A DNA stretch of 64,000 bases, from NCBI GenBank assembly GCA_965223325.1, contig CBDCWI010000001.1, positions 832,001 to 896,000 on the forward strand, read 5' to 3'. This stretch comes from Candidatus Multivoradales bacterium. Lineage in GTDB: Bacteria > Acidobacteriota > Thermoanaerobaculia > Multivoradales > Multivoraceae. The notes beneath the pieces are model-generated. The model was not told the origin of the DNA, searched no databases, and saw only the letters and a list, made by a program, of their open reading frames with translations. Shown here piece after piece: positions 1 to 11,359 of the stretch (within the stretch, counting starts at the first letter, position 1; the number at the start of each line of letters is the position of its first letter). A program made the translations under genes and the position numbers.

Positions 1-669
1 CACGGTTTCAACAACCAGCTGACCGCCATCCTCGGCCACGTCGGCCAGGTCCGCGATGAACTCGAGCGCCTCGGTGTCAGCGACCACATCGTCCAGGACC
101 TCGACGGGATCGAGCTGGCTGCTGACGAATGCGCCAACGTAACCAGCAATCTGCTCGCCTTCGCCGCACCCCACCCCGGCAGAAAGGAGAGCCTGCAGCT
201 CGATGATCTGCTCCGGCAGCGCCTGACGAGTCCGAACCGTGTCGAAGGCTCGCTAGCGGTCTATCTGACCGTCGACACTCCCGGCGTCACGGTAACCGCC
301 GACCGCGAATGGTTGCTGCGCATCTTCGACGAACTGTTGGCAAACGCCGCGCTCGCGGTTGCCGATCATGTTCGCGTACGGGTGGTGGCCGAACCCGTCA
401 CCCAGGGCGCGCCCGCCCTGACACGAATCTCCTTCATCGACGACGGCGAAGGTATCGCGCAACAAGACCTGGCGCGAATCTTCGAGCCCTTCTTCACCAC
501 CCGCGGGCTCGCCAGCGCTCGCGGCCTCGGCCTGGCGGCGGTCGAAGGACTGGTCACGGCGATGGGCGGCGAAGTCACGGCCACTTCGGAGGTCGGTCGC
601 GGGACCGAAGTCTCCTTCACCCTTCCCCTCCGTGACCAGGCCAGCGCCAGGAGACGGCTGGTGGGCTAG
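1..669 (+). CDS. Sensor histidine kinase, C-terminal part (5' truncated by window edge)
   Basis: Frame 1 is open from base 1 and reads HGFNNQLTAILG (H-box), LLANA (N-box), DDGEGI (G1), FEPFFTT (F-box) and GLGLA (G2). Stop TAG at 667-669. Confidence 0.9.
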   Translation, partial: HGFNNQLTAILGHVGQVRDELERLGVSDHIVQDLDGIELAADECANVTSNLLAFAAPHPGRKESLQLDDLLRQRLTSPNRVEGSLAVYLTVDTPGVTVTADREWLLRIFDELLANAALAVADHVRVRVVAEPVTQGAPALTRISFIDDGEGIAQQDLARIFEPFFTTRGLASARGLGLAAVEGLVTAMGGEVTATSEVGRGTEVSFTLPLRDQASARRRLVG

Positions 670-715
670 GCAGGGGCGGCTCGGTGCCGGTGCACAAGCG
701 GTAGGATCCTGCGCC

Positions 716-2140
<1,425 letters not shown>

Positions 2141-2169
2141 CGCGCGGTCCGGCGCCGTAGCGACCCAAC

Positions 2170-2847
2170 ATGGCTGACAACAATGGAATCCTCAGGGGCT
2201 GCGGCTGCAGCTGTGCAGGCTGTGCGATCCTGATCGTCGCCGCTATGGCGATTCTGACCGCGCTCTCGCCCGGCCTGGTCGAGCGCGGCCGCGAAGCCTT
2301 CGAGAACGTCACCAGTCACCAGGAGCTCTTGTCTTCCTGGACTGGATCGGGTCCAGACACACCGGCCAGCGAGCGCTTCCCCGAAGCGTTCCAGGTCGAA
2401 GGCAAGGCGGCCACTCTGGTCGCCCTCGACACCGCGGACCGGGCGGAGGTTCTCGAGCTCGACCTCGCAGGCGCCGATCACGCCCTCTATGACTACGCCG
2501 GGAAACAGGTCGAGGTCTGGGCCTTGTCGACGACCCGACAGGCCGGTGACGACTTCATGGACGACGTGAGTCGCCAGGTGACCAACATCAAGGGCGGCGT
2601 CTCGAGCCAGCTCGAACTGGGCCGCCTGTATCGATTCTCGAGCTCAAACCCCGAGATGCACGGCGAAGTCTGGACGCCTGGCGGGTGGTCCTTTCTCTTC
2701 CTGACCACTGCCGACGAAGGGCTCGATGGCTTTGCCTCGACCTTCATGCGAGCAACAGATCAGGGAGCCGCCGGCTCGCCAGACGAGCTACCGGCAGAAG
2801 ATCCGGCACTAGCCAAAGCTGAGGCCGAGGCGTCGCCCGAAGAGTGA
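2170..2847 (+). CDS. Hypothetical membrane-anchored protein with Cys-rich N-terminus
   Basis: GCGCSCAGC followed by a hydrophobic segment. Fills the gap downstream of the oxidoreductase on the same strand. Confidence 0.7.
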   Translation: MADNNGILRGCGCSCAGCAILIVAAMAILTALSPGLVERGREAFENVTSHQELLSSWTGSGPDTPASERFPEAFQVEGKAATLVALDTADRAEVLELDLAGADHALYDYAGKQVEVWALSTTRQAGDDFMDDVSRQVTNIKGGVSSQLELGRLYRFSSSNPEMHGEVWTPGGWSFLFLTTADEGLDGFASTFMRATDQGAAGSPDELPAEDPALAKAEAEASPEE

Positions 2848-2885
2848 CCGGCGAAGCCGCCCGCGACTCGTTGCGACTCGTTGAC

Positions 2886-3578
2886 TTAGCCGCCGAGATC
2901 CTCGGTGAGCTTGTCGAGGCGAGCTTCGACCCTTTCGAGTCGTGACTCGAGCTCTCGCACCCGCGTATCGAGCGCCGGCTGGCTGAGCGACGCGGTTTCG
3001 ATGGCACGCTCAGTCGCCACCTGGGGAACCGGGTCGTCGGGCCGCGCCGGACCGCTGGGGCGGCTCTCGTCCTGCGGTTCCTCGCTCCCCATCAAATGGC
3101 GGTAGCGCGTCTCGCGCTGCCCGGGTCGACGCGCCATCTCGGCAACCAGCGGGTTGGGGCCCTCCGACATCTCTTCGAGCACTCGCTCGACCTCCTCGGC
3201 ATCGGCGAAGTCGACCATGCGCGCCGTGCGCGTGCGGAGCTCACCGGGAGTCTGCGGCCCGCGCAGGAGAAGCACCGTCATGATCGCCTTCTTGGCCCGC
3301 GTGTCGAGATGCCAGCGAGTCCCAACCCGGTGCTCCCAACGCTCGGCGCGCGCTCCGTCGCTACGCCAGGTCAGGACATCGGCTCGCAGTCGATCGAGCG
3401 CCTCGATGAGAGCACCTTCCCCGAGCTTCATCACCGGATCACGATTGCTCTTCTGGTTGCACGCTGAAAGCAGCGCGTTGATGGTCATCGGGTAGCTGTC
3501 GGGGGTCGTCTGCTCCTTCTCGAGCAGCGCGCCGAGGACCCGGGCCTCGATGGCGTCGACTGTGCGGGTGTAAGGCAT
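2886..3578 (-). CDS. yceH: YceH/DUF480 family protein
   Basis: EARVLGALLEKEQTTPDSYPMTINAL..ACNQKSNRDPVM, LLLRGPQTPGELRTR and PGQRETRYRHL, with a C-terminal coiled coil. Confidence 0.9.
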   Translation of the reverse strand: MPYTRTVDAIEARVLGALLEKEQTTPDSYPMTINALLSACNQKSNRDPVMKLGEGALIEALDRLRADVLTWRSDGARAERWEHRVGTRWHLDTRAKKAIMTVLLLRGPQTPGELRTRTARMVDFADAEEVERVLEEMSEGPNPLVAEMARRPGQRETRYRHLMGSEEPQDESRPSGPARPDDPVPQVATERAIETASLSQPALDTRVRELESRLERVEARLDKLTEDLGG

Positions 3579-3617
3579 GACGTAGGGAGGATACGTCGGA
3601 GCACAGCGAGTTGCCAG

Positions 3618-4844
3618 CTACGGCCGCACGGATTTCAGAAGTATCCTCACCAGGCGATCCGCAATGCCCGGCCAACGAAACTGCCGGGCATGCTCGCGAC
3701 AGGCCTCGGCCGACGGCCAGTGTCCATCGCCGCTCTTCGGCTGCGCTTCGAGACCGACGAGACGCGCAAGCTCGCCGGCCAGCGCCGAGGCGTCCGGTGA
3801 GTCGACGAAGAACCCGCTGCGCCCCTCCGCCACCGCGTCGACCGCTCCGCCGGCGCGATGCGCCAGAGACGGTGTGCCACACGCCGCCGCCTCGACGTAG
3901 ACCATGCCGAACCCTTCGACGTCGCCGGCCGTCGCCCGCGACGCGAGGACGAAGAGGTCGGCGGCGGTGTACTCAGCACGCAGGCCCAGGTCGTCGAGGC
4001 GGCCAAGAAACTGCACCCGGCCGGCAAGGTCGAGCTCACGAGCGAGCGCTTCGAGCCGCCCACGATCGTCCCCGTCGCCAACGATCCGCAACTCGACACG
4101 AACAGAGTCACGAACGAGCATCGCCACCGCCTGCAACAACCCGTCGATGTTCTTGCGATCGGTGGCGCGCGCGAGCCGCGCGACTGTCAACAGCCGAAAG
4201 GGGCGTGCACCTCTCGAAGTCACTTCTGGGAGCGGTTCTTCAAACCACGACGCGGCGATTCCGGGCGGCACGACTTCGACTTCCAGCGCCGGTTCGGCGC
4301 CCGCGGCTCGCCGGTCGAGAGCCAGAAGTCGATCGCCGGTCGGGCGACTGTTGGCAAGAAGGACTGCACAATCAAACAGGGCGCGACCGATCGCACGCCG
4401 CCTGAGGGCATGGCGAAGCGGTGCGACGTAAGGCCACCTCAGGCGCTCGATCGATCGCGGCCCGCAGGCGATCCATGGCCGCAGGAAGTCGTTGCCGTGG
4501 GCATAGAGCGCCAGCCGGCCGGGGAGCTTCCCGGCGAGCGGAGCGAGACCGGCGTTGAGTGCCAACCAGACATCAGGAACCGGCAACGCCTCGAGCCGAC
4601 CGGCTGTCTGGTGCAGGTCGTCATTGAGGAGTGCATGTCCGATGATCGAGCTCCCAGGCAGAGCCTCGTCGACCACGCTGTCCTCGCGGGTGACCACTCT
4701 GAGCTCGGAGACCTGAGGGTGCTCGGCAAGGGCCCTCGTCAGTCCAGCCGCCAGGCGCTCCATGCCGCCGGCGCCCGGAGGGAGCTCGGGCGCCAGAACG
4801 CCGAGGTTCAAAGCGAGTTCGATCGTGCCAAGGTTGCGACTCAC
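3618..4844 (-). CDS. Glycosyltransferase family 4 (GT-B)
   Basis: PPGAGGME, LLTVARL..RKNID and EGFGMVYVEAAACGTP. Start is uncertain (GTG 4844 or TTG 4811). The longer ORF to 5141 overlaps ycaQ. Confidence 0.88.
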   Translation of the reverse strand: MSRNLGTIELALNLGVLAPELPPGAGGMERLAAGLTRALAEHPQVSELRVVTREDSVVDEALPGSSIIGHALLNDDLHQTAGRLEALPVPDVWLALNAGLAPLAGKLPGRLALYAHGNDFLRPWIACGPRSIERLRWPYVAPLRHALRRRAIGRALFDCAVLLANSRPTGDRLLALDRRAAGAEPALEVEVVPPGIAASWFEEPLPEVTSRGARPFRLLTVARLARATDRKNIDGLLQAVAMLVRDSVRVELRIVGDGDDRGRLEALARELDLAGRVQFLGRLDDLGLRAEYTAADLFVLASRATAGDVEGFGMVYVEAAACGTPSLAHRAGGAVDAVAEGRSGFFVDSPDASALAGELARLVGLEAQPKSGDGHWPSAEACREHARQFRWPGIADRLVRILLKSVRP

Positions 4845-4916
4845 GCCAGAACAATAGCCGTGCGGGCCGCCCACTGCTATCTCTGCCCCACCGCCAGCAC
4901 GTAGCATGCAAGTCTC

Positions 4917-6155
4917 ATGGCCCGCACTCCGAGAATCTCGGCGCACAGTGCGTCGCACCTCCTGCTCGCAGCTCAGGACCTGCTCGCCGATCCAACCCGG
5001 GGCGCCCAACCGGCAAGCGTTCTGCGGGCGATCAAACGCCTGGGGTATGTACAGGTCGACTCGATCCAGGTCTTCGAGCGCGCCCATCACAGCATTCTGG
5101 GCGCGCGCTTCTTCGGCTACCGGCCGCGCCACCTCGAACACCTACTCGAACGCAACCGGCGCACCTTCGAGCATTGGACGCACGATGCCTCGGTGCTACC
5201 GTTCGAGTTCTACCCGTACTGGCAGCCACGGTTCGCTCGCTTCGCCGAACGCATCGCGATGAGCCCCGGCTGGCAGCGGCGCCTGGGCGAAGATCCCGAG
5301 GCAACCAAGGCCAGCGTTCTGGAACGCATCCGGCGCGAGGGGCCACTCCGCTCAGCCGACTTTCGCGCTCCCGAAGGTCACGAAACCGGTGGCTGGTGGA
5401 ACTGGAAGCCGCAGAAAGCCGCCCTCGAAGCCCTATGGTTTACTGGTCTCCTGGCGATTCGCGGTCGCGACCGCTTCCAGAAGATCTACGACCTGCCCGA
5501 ACGCGTCTGGAACGATGTACCGCACTGGCAGCCGCCCACGGCGGCCCACGCCACCAACGCCCATGCCGACTTCATCGACTGGGCCTGCCGTGAAGCCCTC
5601 GACCGCTTGACGCTCGCCACTCCCGGCGAGCTCGCCGGCTTCTGGGGCGGGGTGAGGAATCCGGAGGCACGGGCCTGGTGCGAGGCAGCGCTCGAGCGGG
5701 GCGCGGCAGAGGAAGTCGAGGTCACCGATCATGATCGAGATGCTCCTCGCACCACCGTGATCGCTCACCCGCAGTGGCGCGCGCGGGTGCGGCGGCTCAA
5801 AGACCCGCCGTCGGTGCTTCGCCTGCTCTCACCGTTCGACCCCCTGGTGCGCGATCGCGCTCGCTGCGAGCGTTTGTTCGGTTTCGCCTACCGCTTCGAA
5901 GCCTTCGTACCACAAGCCAAACGACGGTACGGCTACTACGTGCTGCCGCTACTCGATGGCGCCGACCTCGTCGGCCGCCTGGACGCCAAACACGACCGGC
6001 AGCGCCGTCGCCTCACGGTTCGCGGCCTGTGGTGGGAACCTGGCTCTCTTTCGAGGCCAGGGACGGCTCGCCACCGGCGCCTGGAAGAGGAACTCGCCCG
6101 CGTGTGCCAGCGCATCGGCGCAGACGATTTCGAGCTCCCCGCGGCCACGCGGTGA
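4917..6155 (+). CDS. ycaQ: YcaQ/AlkZ-family DNA crosslink-repair glycosylase (HTH_42)
   Basis: QVDSI (QxD catalytic motif), FEHWTHDAS, GWWNWKP, LLSPFDPLV and KRRYGYYVLP. Confidence 0.88.
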   Translation: MARTPRISAHSASHLLLAAQDLLADPTRGAQPASVLRAIKRLGYVQVDSIQVFERAHHSILGARFFGYRPRHLEHLLERNRRTFEHWTHDASVLPFEFYPYWQPRFARFAERIAMSPGWQRRLGEDPEATKASVLERIRREGPLRSADFRAPEGHETGGWWNWKPQKAALEALWFTGLLAIRGRDRFQKIYDLPERVWNDVPHWQPPTAAHATNAHADFIDWACREALDRLTLATPGELAGFWGGVRNPEARAWCEAALERGAAEEVEVTDHDRDAPRTTVIAHPQWRARVRRLKDPPSVLRLLSPFDPLVRDRARCERLFGFAYRFEAFVPQAKRRYGYYVLPLLDGADLVGRLDAKHDRQRRRLTVRGLWWEPGSLSRPGTARHRRLEEELARVCQRIGADDFELPAATR

Positions 6156-6216
6156 GCTCCGCTCGAGCGACTGATGGCCCTGCCATCCGCCGGTCGCGCC
6201 CCCTATACTGCCGCCC

Positions 6217-6726
6217 ATGAACAAGAAGCTACACAAGTGTCTCAACGATCACCTGGCGCTCGAATTCGACGCCGCCCACAAGTACTTCGCCATGTCCGTC
6301 TGGTTCGACTCGCAAGACCTCACGGGTTTCGCCGGCTGGCTGCGCCAACAGTCCGACGAGGAGGTCCAGCACGCGCGTCGCATCATCAACCACCTGCTCG
6401 AGCGTGACCAGGCGGTCCAACTGCCTGCGATCACCAAACCACCGGCGCGCTGGGCATCGGCAGAAAAGGCCGTCGAGGCGGTCATGGCAAGTGAAAAGAA
6501 GGTCACCAAAGCGATCGGCGCCCTCTACGACCAGGCTGCCGCCACCAACGACCGGGCGGCGCTGATCATGTTGCAGTGGTTCGTCGAGGAACAAATCGAA
6601 GAGGAGAACCTGGTCAGGGGCATCCTCGGCCGGCTGCGCCTCGCCGGAAGCGAAGGAGTGGGGCTCTTGATGGTCGACCAGGAAGTCGGTTCGGGCAAGC
6701 TCACTCCGGAACCCGGCGCGGAATAG
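6217..6726 (+). CDS. ftnA: Non-heme ferritin
   Basis: Ferroxidase pattern E..Y, DEEVQH, EKKVT and LQWFVEEQIEEE; 169 aa. Confidence 0.9.
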   Translation: MNKKLHKCLNDHLALEFDAAHKYFAMSVWFDSQDLTGFAGWLRQQSDEEVQHARRIINHLLERDQAVQLPAITKPPARWASAEKAVEAVMASEKKVTKAIGALYDQAAATNDRAALIMLQWFVEEQIEEENLVRGILGRLRLAGSEGVGLLMVDQEVGSGKLTPEPGAE

Positions 6727-6755
6727 GCGCCCCGGGAACGAGGAAACCGCACGCG

Positions 6756-7592
6756 ATGGTTCGAACGGCGCTCGTTCCGGCGGCTGGGCGTGGTACGCGT
6801 ATGCAGCCTATCTCGAACTGGTTGCCGAAGGAGATGGTGCCACTCGGCGCCATTCCTGCCCTCGACTTCGTCATTGCCGAGGCGCGAGCCGCCTCGATCG
6901 ACCGCATCGGCTTCGTCGTGCGGCCCGACAAACCGATGCTCGAGGCCTACGCGCGGGAGCTCACCCACGACGACGGAGTGCTCGCTGGGTGTGAGGTGTG
7001 CTTCATTCCCCAGGCCGACCCGAAAGGTCTCGGGGATGCGCTCCTGTGCGCACGCGACTTTCTCGCCGGCGAGTCCTTCGCCCTTCTCCTGCCCGACAAC
7101 TTCTTGCCGTCGCCAGACTACGCTCTCCGAGACCTCGTCGACCTGTATTCCGAAAGCGGTCGCGACGTCCTCGGTGTGCTCGAGCTCGACGCAACCGATA
7201 GCGGCCAGTACGGCAACTGCGGTCGCATCCGGTACCGCGACTTCGAAACCACCAACCAACGCCTGAAAGGCCGAGCACTCGAGTTGATCGAACTCTCTCC
7301 AAAGGGAAAGGGAACGATCGAGATTCCCGCCGGCTCGACCATTCGGCGCACCTGTGGGCGCTACGTCTGCCGACCGCATCTGCTCGACTGGCTCGAGCGG
7401 GTAAGGCCCGAGGTGATGGAGCAGGGAACCGAAGGCGGCGAGCTGTCGGAGGTGCCGGCCTATCAACGCATCGTCGCCGAGGTCGGCGCCTGTGGCCTGG
7501 TGCTGCCGCGACCGGTATTCGACATCGGAATCCCAGCGGGCTACCTCGCCGCCTCGGCCTGGCTCAACGAGCAGGCTGCCAACCCGTCGTAG
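6756..7592 (+). CDS. Sugar-1-phosphate nucleotidyltransferase, GalU-like
   Basis: PAAGRGTRM..PKEMVP, Q..PKGLGDA, LLPDN, GRY and FDIG. ATG at 6756. Confidence 0.85.
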   Translation: MVRTALVPAAGRGTRMQPISNWLPKEMVPLGAIPALDFVIAEARAASIDRIGFVVRPDKPMLEAYARELTHDDGVLAGCEVCFIPQADPKGLGDALLCARDFLAGESFALLLPDNFLPSPDYALRDLVDLYSESGRDVLGVLELDATDSGQYGNCGRIRYRDFETTNQRLKGRALELIELSPKGKGTIEIPAGSTIRRTCGRYVCRPHLLDWLERVRPEVMEQGTEGGELSEVPAYQRIVAEVGACGLVLPRPVFDIGIPAGYLAASAWLNEQAANPS

Positions 7593-7602
7593 CAGTGGGC
7601 CG

Positions 7603-8796
7603 CTAAGGGACCACTCCGGCACCGGCCGCGAGGCCTGAAACCAGCACCATCGGCCGCTGGCCGTAGCTCCTCTCGAAGACAGAGGCGAGGCGTTCTTCGA
7701 GCGCCGCCGCTCGATCCTCTGCCACGAGGCAGAGGACACAGCCGCCGAACCCACCGCCAGCCAGACGCGCACCCACACATCCGCGCGTATCCCAGGCGGT
7801 TTCGGCCAGCACATCGAGCTCCGGGATGGTGACCTGATAAAGATCTCGCGAGCTTGCATGCGATGCACACATCAACTGCCCGAGCGTCTCGAGGTCGCCA
7901 CGACAAAGAGCAGCGGCTCCTTCGCGCACCCGTTGCATCTCGGTAACCGCATGCCGCGCGCGTCGGAGAAGCACCGGGTCGAGTAGCTCGCGATGTTCTT
8001 CCAGCGCCTCGGGCGACACGTCGCGCAGGGTACGAATCTCGGGAAGTGCAAAACGGAGATCGCGCACCGCCTGCTCACACTCGGCACGCCGGTCGTTGAA
8101 TCCCGACGATGACAAGCGCCGACGAACACCACTGTCGACCACCAGCACGACATGGTCGCCGGGCACGCGCAAGACCTCGTGCTCGAGAGTGCGACAGTCG
8201 AGAAGCAGCGCGCTCGCTGGCTCGCCGTGGAGCGATGCGAACTGGTCCATGATGCCCGAGCCGACGCCCACGTAGTCGTTCTCACACTCGCGCCCGAGGA
8301 GCGCCATGGTCAGCCTGTCGAGGACCGCGCCGCCCACCTCCTGGTGCGCCAGCAGGAGACCGACCTCGAGAGCCGCCGACGACGAGACGCCGGCACCAAT
8401 GGGAACGTCACTGGCATACGCCACATCCATTCCAGACAGATCGAGCTCACGACCCGAGAGCACCCACATCAACCCGGCTGGATAGTCCGACCATGTCGCC
8501 TCCCGAACCTGGCGCTTCTTGACTGGCGGTCGGAGGCCCCCGGGATCCAGGTCTTCGTTCTCGTCGAGATCGAGGGCCGCGAGTCGCCAGCGGTTCTGGT
8601 CGCGCGCTCGCGCAGCGACCCACATCGCCGGTTCGATCGCGGCCGGGAGAACCCAGCCTTCGCTGTAGTCGACGTGCCCACCGAGCAGGTTGACGCGCCC
8701 GGGAGCACGCACCAGGACATCGGGGCTACCGCCAAAGTGGCGCTCGAAGCCGGCCAGGGCGCGGTCGCCGGCGGGGAGGCTCGTGGGTTCGTTCAT
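7603..8796 (-). CDS. galK: Galactokinase
   Basis: APGRVNLLGGHVDY, PIGAGVSSSAA (GHMP motif), GIMDQ, LLDCR and GARLAGGGFGG. Confidence 0.93.
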   Translation of the reverse strand: MNEPTSLPAGDRALAGFERHFGGSPDVLVRAPGRVNLLGGHVDYSEGWVLPAAIEPAMWVAARARDQNRWRLAALDLDENEDLDPGGLRPPVKKRQVREATWSDYPAGLMWVLSGRELDLSGMDVAYASDVPIGAGVSSSAALEVGLLLAHQEVGGAVLDRLTMALLGRECENDYVGVGSGIMDQFASLHGEPASALLLDCRTLEHEVLRVPGDHVVLVVDSGVRRRLSSSGFNDRRAECEQAVRDLRFALPEIRTLRDVSPEALEEHRELLDPVLLRRARHAVTEMQRVREGAAALCRGDLETLGQLMCASHASSRDLYQVTIPELDVLAETAWDTRGCVGARLAGGGFGGCVLCLVAEDRAAALEERLASVFERSYGQRPMVLVSGLAAGAGVVP

Positions 8797-11063
8797 GACG
8801 CTTGGAGAGTGCCTCTGTTCGGAGGGACGAACTCGACCCTTTGTTGGCTGATCGCCAGGTCGTCGTGCCGCGCTTCGAGCACTGCCGTCCAGGTCGAGTT
8901 GGCAGAAAGCTCGGAGGTGTCGTCAAAGCGACGGCGCAGAACGACGATACGCCCCCTGCCGTTCTGCACCAGATACTCGCCGAGGGCGTTCAGCCCCCGC
9001 AACTCGACCTCTCGGTCGACGCTTTCGATCTGAATGCGCCCCTGCCAGTCGCGCACCCGCCGGCCCTCCGCGTCGACCACCAGGACTTCGACCTCACCGA
9101 GATCTCCAGGCAACAGGCGGCGGCCGCGGGCTCGCAAACGAAGCGCCGTCGCCCGCCCCCAAGGGTCGACTCGGGCCTCGACTGGCGACGCGAGACCAGG
9201 GACCCGAGCCATCAACGGCGCGTTGTCGAACGGCATTTCGAAGGTCGCCACCGGCCAGGCGGCCCCTGCCGTCGACAGATCGATTTCCTTCTGCACGCCC
9301 GCGCAGTCGACCTGCACCCGGGCCTGGTTCGAAACCACGGTCAGCTTCCTCTGCCGGGGACCGTCTTCAGACCAGTCTCCGTCGAGATGAACGAAGGGCT
9401 CGGTGGCGTAGCGGGCTCGCATCCACCAGGCGCCAATCCGCGGCTGCCTCATGCCGTCGAGGAGACCAGCTGCGCGAACGGTGCGATCGCGATAGCGGGT
9501 CGGGTAGTCGGCAAAACACCAGACCAGAAAGCCGGCGACGAAATCATGCGCCTGAATGATCGGCAGTTCGCGTTCCATGACGGTCGCCTGGCGCTCGGCG
9601 AGAGGCTCTTCGCCGAAACCGTGCGCTTCCAGACAGGGGTTCATGCATTCCGTCACCAGAACAGACCCAGCAGTCGCCGCCGCCTTCGCCCTCTCGAGCA
9701 CGTCGAGTTCATAGTTCACCCCCCACACCGCCGGCAGGCCAGTGGTGCGCCAGCGACGGGCACGGTAGAGGTGATTCTCGGCGTAGGTCACTGGGCGGGT
9801 GCCGTCGAGCAGACGCGCGGTATCGGCGAGCTGCAAGTAGGCACGACGCGACCGTGACTCGTTCCCCATGCCCCAGATCACCACCGAGGGCCGGTTGCGG
9901 TCGCGAGTAATCAAGCCGCGCCACTGGTCGAGAGCGCGGCGCAACCATCGACCCCCGCGAACGCTCTTCCAACTCGCCAGTTCGGCATAGACCATGAGGC
10001 CCTTCTCGTCGCAAGCGTCGAGAAACGCCGGGCTCTGCGGGTAGTGCGACAGGCGCACGAGGTTGCACCCGAGAGCCACGAGCTCGTCGACGTCGCGACG
10101 CGCCAGGGCCTCCGGAACCGCACTGCCAAAACCCGGGTGACACTCGTGCCGGTTCGCTCCGCGGAGCTCCAGACGTTCACCGTTCAAATGGAAGCCGGTC
10201 TCGCCCCAGCGCACCGAGCGGGCGCCGAAACGGAGCCGCTGACGGTCGAGCACTAGACCCTGTTCGTCAATCAGTTCGCCTCGCAGCTCGAGAAGACGCG
10301 GGTTCGCCGGCGACCAGCGTTCGAGGCGCGGACCTTGAAGCGTCAAGCGGCCAGCATCTGCCGAGCCGCGGGTCGTGGTTGCCGGAGCCGTTCCAACGGT
10401 CGACCAACCAGGCAACGGATCGCCCGCCGGGTCCACCAGGCTCCAGCGCGTCTGGAGCCGGCGGCTTGTCGAACCTTCGTTGCGAGCCCGGAAGCGCACC
10501 GTCAGGCGATCGGTAGCGCCCGCCTCAGCGGAGGTCGCGAGCCGCTGTTCCAGTTGAGTGATTCGCGTTCGCAGGTGGACCTCGGGAACGCGAACCAACT
10601 CCATCGAGCCTGCCAACCCACCGTAGAGCAGAAAGTCTGGTTCCTTGATGCCGGGTAGCCGGGACCTTTTGTGTTTGTTCTCGAGGCGTATGCCGATCTG
10701 GTGATGACCGGCCGAAACGACCTCTGACACATCGAGCCAGGTACCGAGAGAGGCGCCCTCGACCTTTCCCAGGCGACGCCTGTTCCAGAAGATCTCGGCA
10801 CTGCCCCAGAAGCCGCCCACCGAGAGACGCCAGCGAAAGCCCGGCACCCAGGCCCAGTCTTCGATCTCTAAAGTGCGCCAGTAGCAACCGAAACCACGCT
10901 GGTAGGAACCGGGATCCCAACCCTCGAAGGCGTTCCAGCAGTGCGGCAGATCAACCGGCTCTGAACCGGCGAGCGGCGCCTCCCCACGCCACGAGCGGCC
11001 TCCGTGGCCGAGCGCGAAGCTCCAATCGCGGTTCATTGGCAACACGAGGCGGTCGCCACTCAT
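8793..11063 (-). CDS. Glycoside hydrolase family 2 (beta-galactosidase-like)
   Basis: LPHCWN, DFLLYGG, GANRHE, RLSHYP and RNRPSVVIWGMGNE (acid/base Glu), plus LVTE. Overlaps galK by 4 bp (translational coupling). Confidence 0.88.
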   Translation of the reverse strand: MSGDRLVLPMNRDWSFALGHGGRSWRGEAPLAGSEPVDLPHCWNAFEGWDPGSYQRGFGCYWRTLEIEDWAWVPGFRWRLSVGGFWGSAEIFWNRRRLGKVEGASLGTWLDVSEVVSAGHHQIGIRLENKHKRSRLPGIKEPDFLLYGGLAGSMELVRVPEVHLRTRITQLEQRLATSAEAGATDRLTVRFRARNEGSTSRRLQTRWSLVDPAGDPLPGWSTVGTAPATTTRGSADAGRLTLQGPRLERWSPANPRLLELRGELIDEQGLVLDRQRLRFGARSVRWGETGFHLNGERLELRGANRHECHPGFGSAVPEALARRDVDELVALGCNLVRLSHYPQSPAFLDACDEKGLMVYAELASWKSVRGGRWLRRALDQWRGLITRDRNRPSVVIWGMGNESRSRRAYLQLADTARLLDGTRPVTYAENHLYRARRWRTTGLPAVWGVNYELDVLERAKAAATAGSVLVTECMNPCLEAHGFGEEPLAERQATVMERELPIIQAHDFVAGFLVWCFADYPTRYRDRTVRAAGLLDGMRQPRIGAWWMRARYATEPFVHLDGDWSEDGPRQRKLTVVSNQARVQVDCAGVQKEIDLSTAGAAWPVATFEMPFDNAPLMARVPGLASPVEARVDPWGRATALRLRARGRRLLPGDLGEVEVLVVDAEGRRVRDWQGRIQIESVDREVELRGLNALGEYLVQNGRGRIVVLRRRFDDTSELSANSTWTAVLEARHDDLAISQQRVEFVPPNRGTLQAS

Positions 11064-11359
11064 GACGTCGTCCGGCCAGGAGGAAATCAGCTACCCGCTC
11101 CATCGACGCGGTTCGGGAGCCCAGCAAGTCCAGCAGGCAGCTCTCTCGCTCAGGTGACGAACGCCTGGAACCTGCAGAACCATCGAACAAACTCCTCGCG
11201 GAAGAACTCACACCCGGCGTGGGACGCACGGCAACCGCGCCATGGGTGCAGAGCGGCGAAACGAAAACCAGGGGTCATGCTATCCGCTGCGGCCTCCCCA
11301 AAGGGCAGCCACCGGCCTCCAAGCTCGGAAGCGCAACCTACCGGAGCAACCGAGACTTC

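Noticed and set aside
2863-2883. GCGACTCGTT x2 between convergent genes
   Set aside because: Only two copies of a 10-mer with no terminator structure; likely a small local duplication.
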